DNA of 62,175 nt from an uncultured Chthonomonadaceae bacterium (GTDB taxonomy: Bacteria; Armatimonadota; Chthonomonadetes; Chthonomonadales; Chthonomonadaceae), in assembly GCA_963817895.1 (NCBI GenBank), contig CAWFQB010000013.1:1-62175 (forward strand). Reading direction: 5' to 3'. Shown piece by piece: positions 10,944-20,303 of the stretch. The notes beneath the pieces were generated by a model. It was not told the origin of the DNA. It was given only the letters and a program-made list of their open reading frames with translations, and did no database searches. The position numbers and the translations under genes were made by a program. Every line of letters starts with the position of its first letter. Within the stretch, counting starts at the first letter, position 1.

Positions 10944-12215
10944 ATGCAGATTAAAACCAAACTTTTTGTCGGCCTGATGCTTGCTCTGACGGCCTGGGCT
11001 GCCGCGCCATTGCGGGCGCAAACCGGGGAAGGGGATACTTCCGTCTGGCCGAACGCGCAAAGCAAAGCCAATTCCGACGACTGGATCCGCCTGCACCATG
11101 CGCAGATCAAGCAGATGCAGCCGCGCCTGCTCGTGCTGAACTTCGTCAACGGGCTGAGTACGGCGGAAGCGACCAAAAAAGTGGAGGCTATCACCGCCGC
11201 CCTGCGCAAATCGTCGCGCTATCACGGCTACGCCCGCCCGAACGCGCCCGCGTTTCTGGATTACAAAATTGTCAAAGTGGCGGATTTGACGGATGCCGTT
11301 CCCCCGCCCCCGGATCAGCAACTGGACGGCAACAGCACCCATTATCCGCGTACCCCGGATTGGAAGCCGGGAATGGTGAACTTGCAGTACGGGCAACTGT
11401 TCAACAACGAGTTCGCCAATCAGATGGACATGTCCGATCCTGATGACGCGACCCGCAAGTTGACGCTGTCGCAATTGGTAGAGCGCGGGCTGGTCAATGA
11501 AGTCTGGTTTCTGGCGAATCAGCGCAATTTCGGCGGGCCGTTGGAGTGCGTGGAGGTAAAGCAGGGGTATGACGAGAACCTGCGCAAAATGGCGGGGCGG
11601 GCAGTACAGGCGGGGCCGCAGTCGAGCGATCAGCAGACGTTCATCGGGCGCAGCCTGCGAATCGTACATGTCAACCCGGAACGCGGCCCGGGCGCGACCA
11701 TGACAGCATTGAGCCACGCGCTGGAAAGCACAGCGACTTCGGGCGCGATTCCCTATTTTTCGCGCTATTTCGCCGAGTACGCGGGGTTTGATTTGAAGAA
11801 GCGGTATCACATGCCGTTCGACCGCCTGTATGAGCGCAACGGCACGGAACTGGAGTACCCGGAAGAGGACGCGCTGGTGTATTTCTGGAAAAGCGAAAAA
11901 CGAACTGTGCGCCCCTATGTGGCAGTAGGCGGAAACGTGAACTTTGTGCCGAACGCGCGGCGCGACGGCGACATCACGAATGTAACGCCGGTTCTGTCCA
12001 CCATTGAACACTACCGCCTGCTGGATGGGCCGGACGGCAAGGATCGCGCCGTTCCCTGGCTGCCGACCCGGTTCGCGCGTTTTCAGGGCGTCGCGCCCGA
12101 TGCGTTCGGCCCGTGGACCGTGTACTGGCGTCAGAACATGCCCGGATTGGACAACCCCTGCAAGGACGACGCGGGCCGTCCCATGCTCAACTGGTGGCCC
12201 TTCCTGTTCTACTAA
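10944..12215 (+). CDS. Secreted hypothetical protein
   Basis: Long ORF with a signal peptide (PLRA-Q) and host-like codon usage. Confidence 0.75.
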   Translation: MQIKTKLFVGLMLALTAWAAAPLRAQTGEGDTSVWPNAQSKANSDDWIRLHHAQIKQMQPRLLVLNFVNGLSTAEATKKVEAITAALRKSSRYHGYARPNAPAFLDYKIVKVADLTDAVPPPPDQQLDGNSTHYPRTPDWKPGMVNLQYGQLFNNEFANQMDMSDPDDATRKLTLSQLVERGLVNEVWFLANQRNFGGPLECVEVKQGYDENLRKMAGRAVQAGPQSSDQQTFIGRSLRIVHVNPERGPGATMTALSHALESTATSGAIPYFSRYFAEYAGFDLKKRYHMPFDRLYERNGTELEYPEEDALVYFWKSEKRTVRPYVAVGGNVNFVPNARRDGDITNVTPVLSTIEHYRLLDGPDGKDRAVPWLPTRFARFQGVAPDAFGPWTVYWRQNMPGLDNPCKDDAGRPMLNWWPFLFY

Positions 12216-12275
12216 CCCCATAGCGTTGTACAGAAGGTGAAAATCGCCCTGATGGAACGGCATGGCCCCTGTCCA

Positions 12276-12623
12276 TCAGGAGGCTTTTGCCAGCGCGTCG
12301 GCAGGCTGTTGACGCGCTTCGTTCAGATTCTGTTCAGCGGATACGGAAACCCGGAAATTCGCAAGGTGAGTTGCATACCCGTTTTTGTGCCATTCGGTGA
12401 TAATGGTTGCTTCAATGTCGGTTCCCGGCGATGCTTCGGCAACAAGCCGCGCCAGCAAATCGGCGTTAAGCACAGGTATCTTCTGTGTGATAATGCGCTC
12501 TTTGCCGTCCGGTCGCCTTACGCATTGAGCAAACGTTATCTGTGCGGGATGCGTGTCACTGATGGCGACAACCCGAACCTGACTTGTCACTTCATCTTCA
12601 CGAAAAACAGGGGTTGGCTTCAT
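12276..12623 (-). CDS. Hypothetical protein, coupled to the upstream ORF
   Basis: Start overlaps the stop of 12620-13138; ends EARQQPADALAKAS. Confidence 0.6.
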   Translation of the reverse strand: MKPTPVFREDEVTSQVRVVAISDTHPAQITFAQCVRRPDGKERIITQKIPVLNADLLARLVAEASPGTDIEATIITEWHKNGYATHLANFRVSVSAEQNLNEARQQPADALAKAS

Positions 12624-13138
12624 AACCTCTCCAATGGCGGCAATCGGCTGACTTCGGGCAGTGCCTCCAATATGTCTTCGCCTGTTCCGCCTAAACTGAT
12701 TTCTACCTCATGCGCCAGATCGTAAATAGCTATCTGATTGTACTCTTCACCTAACCGCATCGCTTGTTCTCTGTCGCTGCACATCGCCGTGACATCAAGA
12801 TACGTAGTGTCTTCCTCCACATTGTACCATGTGCCGATAATCACTCTTGGGTCGGTGAGCAAGTCCGCATTCTGACGTATAAACGCCGGAATGATTTCGG
12901 GAGGCACATTGCGCCCCTTTATCCTGACAGTTCGTTCAGGAAATAAGGATACAGCGAAAAGCGATTGTCCCTGTAGATTGCCAAAACGCGGATGAACAGA
13001 TGCGCCTCCATTCCGCGCATGAACTTCAACAAGGAGAGCCACCAATCGGCTTGTTGCAACCCGGCGCGGCAACCGTGTGCCTGCTTCCGCCAAATACGTA
13101 TAGAAACTTGCGGCTATTTTGCTGTTGCTTTTCTTCAT
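12620..13138 (-). CDS. Hypothetical protein with G-x-W...YLD...A..LG..YNQ.AI.DL...GGTG motif
   Basis: Intact ORF; the motif layout recalls phage SAM-lyase/DUF3293-like proteins (inference). Confidence 0.65.
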   Translation of the reverse strand: MKKSNSKIAASFYTYLAEAGTRLPRRVATSRLVALLVEVHARNGGASVHPRFGNLQGQSLFAVSLFPERTVRIKGRNVPPEIIPAFIRQNADLLTDPRVIIGTWYNVEEDTTYLDVTAMCSDREQAMRLGEEYNQIAIYDLAHEVEISLGGTGEDILEALPEVSRLPPLERL

Positions 13139-13213
13139 GAAACACAAACATGCCCATTTGCCTGTTAGCGATTATGCCACTCGCCACCCGAAGTGTTAAT
13201 GTACTTTTCAACA

Positions 13214-13483
13214 TTAAGTTCTTGTCAGAGCAAGAACCTGTTCCAGACGCCGCGCCAGATGTTCGCGCTGTTGCAGCAAGAGTTTCAAGGCCGCCGTTTG
13301 CGCTGCAAGTTGAAGCCGTTCCTGTCGTATGCGCTCGTTGGCAGGGCGCAGATATACTGCTTCTTCCGCTTCTATCTGTTGCGCGAACGCTTGAAGTTCC
13401 ACCTGCTCGGATGCCGTCAAGGTTTCCTCATCTTCACGCTGCTGCAAGGCGCGGAAACGTTGTCTTTGCGGTTCCGTAAACAT
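13214..13483 (-). CDS. Small coiled-coil hypothetical protein
   Basis: RBS (aggaga) upstream; E/Q/R/L-rich helical sequence. Confidence 0.6.
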   Translation of the reverse strand: MFTEPQRQRFRALQQREDEETLTASEQVELQAFAQQIEAEEAVYLRPANERIRQERLQLAAQTAALKLLLQQREHLARRLEQVLALTRT

Positions 13484-13512
13484 GCTTTTGTACTCTCCTT
13501 CCTGCGCGTGGT

Positions 13513-15150
13513 TTACTTCTCCGGCACAATCTTGGTAAGGTAATATCCCTTTGAGTCCGCGCTCAACACTACCAAGCCCGTTGTTCCCTCACCTTTAGGA
13601 TCACAGACCTGAACGTCTATAATGGCACTATGTAATTTGTTACTCTTGAACACTTCCCTGTAGCTCTCGCCATCCCATTGCACAAAGCAGACATAGCCCC
13701 CATTCAGTTTCTTTGTCTCATCTTGTGTGTTCCGGGTGGCGACGATATAAGGCAGTCTCACACCGCGCGGTTGCCAGCGCGCTAGTGAGAAGGAATAGTA
13801 AGTTTCTGTCGTGATTGCTTTTCTTGTGCCATCCTTCGTGAACACAGAAATATGACCTTGAGAGTCGTCCCCAGATTCAATAGCTGCAAACTCTGTTTTT
13901 TGATCCCCATCAAAGTCTGCTTGTAATACAGAGCCGAGTATTCCTATACCGTTTGTAATAACTTCTTGGTTCTGAATATCGACTGCTTCCAGGTTATCTG
14001 TATTCCGATGTTGAACACCTATACCGCCATGGAAAACACCTACGAGTTGCAACTGATTTCCTTGTGTTGTTCCATCTGTGATTAGAAGTCCACGAGTCGC
14101 AACTTTGCTATATACTGTGCCATCCCATCGAAATAAATTTGTCGCAGGATCGAACGGACGATTTGCTATATAATCAGTAATACTGTTCCTAGCAAAATCG
14201 AATGTAACATTTGAAACAAAGATAACACTAGGATTTCCTGCAATAGGAATTATTTTAATGGTAAGTAGTTGGTTTCGGGCAATTTCGGTTTCCCATGTCT
14301 GACGGAATTTACCATCCTCCCACTTCATTACAACCAAGTTACCAGATCTTGCTAAGACGAGACGACATATTCCAGTTCCTTGCACATCCCCCGCTGAAAA
14401 AGCTTGGAAAGGCCCGCTTCCTAGATTTTCCTCCCACGCTATCTTGTACTTTGCCACCCCCAACAGTCCGAAATCCGCCTGCTTGCCAGTGTACTGACCG
14501 GCGCTATTCGACGCAGATTTTTCCTGCAAGTCAATCTTCGCCGTACCATTGGCAGGCATAGGGCGAGGGTTTGCGTCGGCAGGCGTGGAAGGGTCGCTTC
14601 GCTTTATGTTTGCATCTTCTGCTGCTATGTTTTCGCCACTCTCGATAGCAACGATACGGGTGTTGATGGCTGTGCTATCGCCTGTATCGGCAATGCTGCC
14701 AATCAGCAGATAGGAAGCATTCACCAGTTTACCGATCTTTTTGCGCTTGTCCGGGTCGGTTAAGTCGCTCAGGGTGAAATGCAATTCCTCCAATGCCTTG
14801 TCAAGTTGCTTGCGCTCCACAACTCTGAAGTGCTTGGCTTTGATGAACGCCGTTGTCAGCATCTCTTGCAGAATACGAGGCACAGCATCGCCTTTGCCGT
14901 TGATGTTTTCAAACTCTGCAATCACGAGACGCTGTTCTTTCAGTTTCTTAACATCCGCATCGTCGTGCAGTTTCTTTGTGAGTTCGGCGGCAACATCCCG
15001 CAAAGACGATTGCGAACCAGCCACCGCATTGCTGTTTTTGGACGGCGCATCGGCTGCCTTGTCTTGAGCGCAGGAAGGTACGCCTAACAGGAAAGATTGA
15101 CCGGCAGCAAAACCAAGCGCTGCAAGAGCAAAACGGGTACGGGTTCGCAT
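13513..15150 (-). CDS. Secreted CsgG/HfaB/FlgO-like domain protein with C-terminal beta-rich (FG-GAP-like) domain
   Basis: Signal peptide; FRVVERKQLDKALEEL...KIGKLVNASYLLIGSI...INTRIVAIESGE; AGDVQG and ADFDGD motifs. Confidence 0.75.
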   Translation of the reverse strand: MRTRTRFALAALGFAAGQSFLLGVPSCAQDKAADAPSKNSNAVAGSQSSLRDVAAELTKKLHDDADVKKLKEQRLVIAEFENINGKGDAVPRILQEMLTTAFIKAKHFRVVERKQLDKALEELHFTLSDLTDPDKRKKIGKLVNASYLLIGSIADTGDSTAINTRIVAIESGENIAAEDANIKRSDPSTPADANPRPMPANGTAKIDLQEKSASNSAGQYTGKQADFGLLGVAKYKIAWEENLGSGPFQAFSAGDVQGTGICRLVLARSGNLVVMKWEDGKFRQTWETEIARNQLLTIKIIPIAGNPSVIFVSNVTFDFARNSITDYIANRPFDPATNLFRWDGTVYSKVATRGLLITDGTTQGNQLQLVGVFHGGIGVQHRNTDNLEAVDIQNQEVITNGIGILGSVLQADFDGDQKTEFAAIESGDDSQGHISVFTKDGTRKAITTETYYSFSLARWQPRGVRLPYIVATRNTQDETKKLNGGYVCFVQWDGESYREVFKSNKLHSAIIDVQVCDPKGEGTTGLVVLSADSKGYYLTKIVPEK

Positions 15151-15159
15151 GATTTCTCC

Positions 15160-16269
15160 TCAGCGCTTCTTAACTTCAACCGACTCGGCAATGGTGGACT
15201 CGCCCGTTTCCGTGTTAATCATGCGGACGTTCACGATAATGGTTGTTTTCTCGTCGGAGATACTGCCGACAAGCACATTCCGCGCATTGACCTGTTTGCC
15301 GAATTGCTGCGCGGTTTTCTCATCCGTAATGTCCTTCTTGCTGCGCCTGAGTTCGTCCAGAATTTTGTCAAGCTGCCCGCGCTCAATCACTTTGAACGTT
15401 TTGGTCTTGGTAAGCGCAATGCTCAACTGCTCTCGGACTTTGCGCGCGTTATCCGGCGACAACGTTTTTGGAATCAAATCAAAAGATGCGACGGCAACTT
15501 CAACCGGCTTGGTTTTGAACTGGTCTTTGTCCTCGTCCACCTGCATTTTGAGTTTTTTGGCGAGGTCGTCAATGTCTCGAATGTCGAAGGTAAAGGTTGT
15601 TCCGCTCGGTTCAGGTTCAGGCACTTGTTTCTTGACGCCTCCACCGCCGGGGGTTGGTTCTGAAGGTTTTGGCTCAGGGGTAGGCGAGTCGCCTTTGACT
15701 AGCCGCGCATCGCCCCACCACACGTCACCAAGTTTGAATGCGTATACATTCTCACATCCGATACGTAATTCTAACCTTGCTACGTTTTTGATAGGAACTC
15801 GAAGGTGGATCGGCTTATCTCCTACCTTTACATCTTCAGTGCCTGCGAGATGTTGTCCATCTCCCAATACATGGAAGGAAACCTTACTTTTTCCTTGGGG
15901 ATAATGGTCATCAATTCCGACAGTAGCTTCAAAAAAATCAAAGTTGTGTCCAGGCAGGAAAACGACAGACCAAGAGGGACCAGTAAAGCTCACTCCAACT
16001 CCGTCAAAAGAGACGCTTCTCTTGAAGGATTGCCCGCTCAGAGTACAAGGACCTGATACCCAACTGTTTTCTAGGTCACTGTTGCTGGGCGTATTATTGT
16101 TTATCACAGTAGGTTTTACAGTAGCGAGATAAACAATGTTGCTCACTGCTGTTGTACTACTACCCTTTGTCACCACTTCACCAGTGCTATTCTGAGCGTG
16201 AACAGCCGGGTTACTCATGAGAACACCAATCAGAGCAGCAGTAACTACAGAAACAATGTACTTGTGCAT
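15160..16269 (-). CDS. Secreted NPCBM/NEW2 carbohydrate-binding plus CsgG/FlgO-like domain protein
   Basis: FEATVGIDD...VSFHVLGDG...LELRI...VWWGDARL, a Pro-rich linker, then FKVIERGQLDKILDEL...VNVRMINTETGE. Confidence 0.75.
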   Translation of the reverse strand: MHKYIVSVVTAALIGVLMSNPAVHAQNSTGEVVTKGSSTTAVSNIVYLATVKPTVINNNTPSNSDLENSWVSGPCTLSGQSFKRSVSFDGVGVSFTGPSWSVVFLPGHNFDFFEATVGIDDHYPQGKSKVSFHVLGDGQHLAGTEDVKVGDKPIHLRVPIKNVARLELRIGCENVYAFKLGDVWWGDARLVKGDSPTPEPKPSEPTPGGGGVKKQVPEPEPSGTTFTFDIRDIDDLAKKLKMQVDEDKDQFKTKPVEVAVASFDLIPKTLSPDNARKVREQLSIALTKTKTFKVIERGQLDKILDELRRSKKDITDEKTAQQFGKQVNARNVLVGSISDEKTTIIVNVRMINTETGESTIAESVEVKKR

Positions 16270-16307
16270 GTCAGGCTCCTTTGAAGTTGGAAACGTGTCG
16301 TATTCGG

Positions 16308-17447
16308 TTACGGCGTGGTGTCGTTGGAAGTGAGGCGGTAGTCGCGGCTTTGCTGGATGCGGGCGGCGAGGGCGACGGGCTTTTCGCGACTAATCAAGCG
16401 GAAACTTGCGCCGTTTGCGGTTGGGGCGCGTTCTACGCTTTTTACGCCCGTCAAGCCGCGCAGGAAGGCTTCGACTTCTGCCGCCTGTTCGGGCTTTTGC
16501 AGGGGGATTTGCACCGTTATGGGGTACTCGTCGAAGTGGCTTTCCAGTTCGTCGGGCAGTTCCTTCGCCACCTTCTGCGCCAGTGCTTCCAGCGACTCCC
16601 GCGCCGCCTGCGCTTTGTCCTGCCCGAACCCTTTTTCCGCGTACTCTCTCGCCGTCAGGATTTGCCCCGTATCGGTTTTAATCACGCGCAGGTTGGCCGA
16701 TGCCCGGTACGAGATTATGCCGCCGTTGTCCTGCGAGAATTTGGTTTCCACGCGCCCCGCCACAATCACGTTTGCCAGAAAGCGGTTGCCAAGTTGCACC
16801 GCCGCCTCGTTCTGTCGGCCCAATGTCGCGCTGACCAGACTTGCCAGCGGCTTGCGCGACCAGACAAAGTTCCAATCGTACACGCGGAATTGTTTGTCCG
16901 CGAGTGCGCCTATTAAGGCGGTTTCCACTTTGGGCGCGCCGTCGCGCTGTCCGTCAATGGTTTCCGGCAACAGCGCGACAAGGCGGAAATTGGACAGGGC
17001 GGAACGCTGCAAGTCCTGCGCCAGATCGCCCCCGCTTTGCGCCAGTTCCACATCTACCGTATAGCCCTCTCCAGTCTTTTCCGTACTCAGGATTTTAGCT
17101 TTGAGGTTCTTGATTTCCGAAGCGGCTTCCGCCATCTGGTCGCGCAGTTGGGCAAACTCGCGCAGGGACACGCCCACATTCCGAACTGAATGGATATATA
17201 CATAGCGGATTGCGGCGCGGCGGGCGGCTTGTGGCGTCGGCGCGTTGACGGTTACTTTACCGCGCGAAACACTGCCGCCACGCGAAGGAAACTCTGCGCG
17301 GGAAACAACGGGCGCAGGCGGCTGATTTGCCTTTTGTCCCAACAGCCAGTGAAGCGCGTCCGTTGTGGGCGTTTGCGGATACCCAACGCCCGCAACACCA
17401 AAAACCATCAACAGCCCGGAAAAGGCAGCATAACGACAGGAAACCAT
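16308..17447 (-). CDS. Secreted FlgT/CsgG-like protein
   Basis: QAARRAA...KILSTEK..Y.VDV N-domain; VETALIGAL....FRVYD...ANVIVAG...LRVIKTDTGQIL. Confidence 0.6.
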   Translation of the reverse strand: MVSCRYAAFSGLLMVFGVAGVGYPQTPTTDALHWLLGQKANQPPAPVVSRAEFPSRGGSVSRGKVTVNAPTPQAARRAAIRYVYIHSVRNVGVSLREFAQLRDQMAEAASEIKNLKAKILSTEKTGEGYTVDVELAQSGGDLAQDLQRSALSNFRLVALLPETIDGQRDGAPKVETALIGALADKQFRVYDWNFVWSRKPLASLVSATLGRQNEAAVQLGNRFLANVIVAGRVETKFSQDNGGIISYRASANLRVIKTDTGQILTAREYAEKGFGQDKAQAARESLEALAQKVAKELPDELESHFDEYPITVQIPLQKPEQAAEVEAFLRGLTGVKSVERAPTANGASFRLISREKPVALAARIQQSRDYRLTSNDTTP

Positions 17448-17476
17448 TCGCGCCCATTCCTTTCCATAACACTCCG

Positions 17477-17979
17477 TTACAAAGCCCGCAGTTGTTCGAC
17501 GGCTATATCATGCTGCGCTCCGGTTTTGACGCGCTTGGCAACGACACGGTACGCATCCCGCGCTTCCGCTCGTCTGCCCATTTTATCCAGCAATGCGGCC
17601 AGCGTCAATTCGGTTTCCATATCATCGGGCGCAAGCTGCATGGCCCGCTGATACTCATTGGCAGCGCCTTGAAGATGCTGCGGGTTACCATCCTGCACGT
17701 AGCAGGACGCCAGAAGTTTGTGCGCGTCCCTGTGCGTCTCCTGTTGCTGCACAACCTGTTTGGCCTTGTCTATGGCGCTCGGAAGGTCGTGTTCATGGTA
17801 CGCCTGCTGCGCCTGTGTAAAAAGCTGGTCAACCGGCGGAGTTTTGGGCTATAGCGATCATACAGGAAATACGCGGTTATAAGAATGGTGCAAAGGGCGG
17901 CAAGCGTGTTGATAGTCGCGCTTCGACTGTTCGCAGGCCGGGAAGACTGTTGTGAAGAGGGTTGTTTCGAGGAAGACAT
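17477..17979 (-). CDS. Membrane-anchored TPR protein (frameshift ~17840)
   Basis: TM segment LAALCTILITAYFLY, then TPR helices AANEYQRAMQLAPDD and LDKMGRRAEARDAY. Confidence 0.7.
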
Positions 17980-18133
17980 GTCGCCTGCCTTTCATCAGCA
18001 ATGGTATGCGCAGTCGCAGCCGGAGTATAGAAAACAACCTTAACGACGCGCCGCAACCTACAATTCAGCAACGCGCTCAAAAATCCTGCTCGTCGGCAAT
18101 TTTAATTTGAAATATATCTTGCCTGCTGCCAAT

Positions 18134-18427
18134 TTACGAGGCTTTTGCCAGAGGTTCCGAAGATTGCTGACGCGCTTCACTCAACTTATTTGCAAACGTT
18201 TCCGCGTCTACAATACCCCGTTCAATTGCGACTTTGCGCAGCGTAATCAGATGATGAGGACGTGCCGTGTCTCCGCCGCCTGCACAGGGCAGAACACTAA
18301 CGGCATCGTACTCTTGATTAACAAAAACGCGGGCGTCTTCCTCTGTCGGCACTTCACGATAGCCAAGTTCATTTAGCAATCGTTCCAATTGCGCATACGT
18401 AAGTGGCTTAGTCTGCATTGGTCGCAT
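18134..18427 (-). CDS. HicA-like small protein
   Basis: LTYAQLERLLNELGY...VFVN...LP...H.ITLRK; ends EARQQSSEPLAKAS. Confidence 0.55.
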   Translation of the reverse strand: MRPMQTKPLTYAQLERLLNELGYREVPTEEDARVFVNQEYDAVSVLPCAGGGDTARPHHLITLRKVAIERGIVDAETFANKLSEARQQSSEPLAKAS

Positions 18428-18762
18428 TTCTCCACAAAAAATCAAAAAAGTGCCGCACAGCGCGAAAAAACCGAAACCTTCGCCTCACTCCTCCTGTCTA
18501 CATAGAACAAACGTCTACTAATCAGTCAGGCGGCGGGACGTTGAGAGTTTAAAGTTCCTCTCAACAATCTAATCTGGAAGGGAGGCGCAAGAGGATGCCT
18601 GTACATACTTCTCGTTCGCCATGAAATTCATGAGGTCGCGACGCCTCCTTAGCAAAAATTTGACACAACGAGACACTGGGCTGGAAGCGCTGCATTGCCA
18701 CTATTTCGACGCTGTCTCTACATACTGCTCTTTTTTGCGCTTACGCCACTGCTGCCCCGACA

Positions 18763-20182
18763 TTAATGCACTTGCTGCGCCTGTAGGGTGGCCTGCGCGA
18801 TGGTGGAACCGCCTAGCCGGGAACGCAGGAAATCTATCGCTGCGTGAAGCTGCGTATCGTTGGCTTTGTCGTTCCAGTCTTCGGGTTTCCATTTGGGGGA
18901 TTGCTTCACTTCGATGTCGGGGAGGATGCCGCCCGTGCCGTCAATGCGGCTGCCGTCCTCGTCGCGCTTGAAGTTGATGTCGTGGTGTTTCGGGGGATAG
19001 TAGAGTTGCGTGGTCAGGCGCAGGGCGGAGTTGTCCTGCAAGGGGAATCAGGGTTTGGACGCGGCCTTTGCCATACGTGCGCTCACCGATAAGCGTGGCG
19101 ATGCCGTAGTCCTTGATGGCTCCCGACACGATTTCCGAGGCGGACGCGCTGCCGCCGTTGACCAGAACGGCGAGGGGAACCTTGCGCGTATACGTGGTGT
19201 CTACCGGGCCGAGCAGCCGCTTTTGTTCGCCGCCGCTGCCCTCGCGCATCCAGACGATGACGTTGTGCAGGTCGGCGTTTTTGTTTTCGGGAATGAACAC
19301 GCTGGCAATATCAATCGCTGAGTCGAGCAGACCGCCGGGGTTGTAGCGCAAATCCAAAATCAGGGCGCGCATCCCCTGCGCCTGCAGCGCGTCGAACGCC
19401 TTGTTCATCTGGTCTACGCTCTTCTTGTTGAACTCTTTGAGCAGAATACGCCCGACTTTCGCCTGATTGTCTTCCATCCAGTATTTCACGACTATCGGCT
19501 CGACAAGGGAACGCGCAAGGGTGAAATCCAGCGTTTGCTTGCCCCGCGCAACGGTCAGGCGCATTTTCGTGCCGCGCTTGCCCTTGATGTGGCGCACCAC
19601 CTCGTTCATGTCCTGACCGGTCATGTTGATACCGTCTACCCGTATGACCACATCGTCGGCATGGACGCCGAGTTTTTCTGCCGGACTGCCCTCTACCACT
19701 TCCACAATTCGGACTGCCGCGCCATCCTGAGCCAGAATCGTGCCGATGCCCTCGAAATCGCCCTCGGTCGTGGCCTGCATCTGCGCCCAATCGTCCGGGT
19801 CAAGAAAACTGGAAAACTGGTCTTTGAGGCTGCCGACCATGCCGCGTATCGCCTCGTAGGTCAGTTGATGCTGTTTCTTCTTGTCAATGTTCGCGCCGTA
19901 GTAGTTCTTTTGCAGCAGTTCCAGCGCGGTTCTGTAATCCTCAACGGGATCGGCGGCGTTGCCGTCATTCTTCCCGTTTTTATCATCGTTCGCTGTATTG
20001 GAAAGGCGATGCGTGGACGATTTGGGATCGAAGCGCACGACCTGCTGTTCCACCGCCCGGTCTAAGCGCATGGAGTGGCGAAGGCTGGCGTAGCCCACCA
20101 GTATCGGGGCTGTCACCATCACGGCCCCTACCGGCAAAATCGCCGCCCGCAGCAGCATGGTTTTGGAAAGCAGTCGTTTCAT
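18763..20182 (-). CDS. ctpA: S41A carboxy-terminal processing protease (PDZ), frameshift ~19040
   Basis: GDFEGIG, LDLRYNPGG, NGGSASASE, TYGKG, GILPDIEV. Confidence 0.9.
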
Positions 20183-20194
20183 GTGTCAATCCTT

Positions 20195-20303
20195 GTAGAT
20201 GGGTAGATAAGTAGATAGGTAGAAAATGCCGGCTAACAGTTCCATTCGGTTTAGAAGATGCAACAGACTACCCATCTACTTATCTACCCATCTACTTATC
20301 TAC
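20195..20303. repeat. Inverted pair of octamer arrays (GTAGATRR)n / (YYATCTAC)n
   Basis: 20195-20224 and 20268-20303, between the two S41 genes. Confidence 0.85.

Noticed and set aside
13513..17447. Curli or flagellar operon
   Set aside because: Only CsgG/FlgT-like domains are present; no csgA/B/E/F or flagellar genes.
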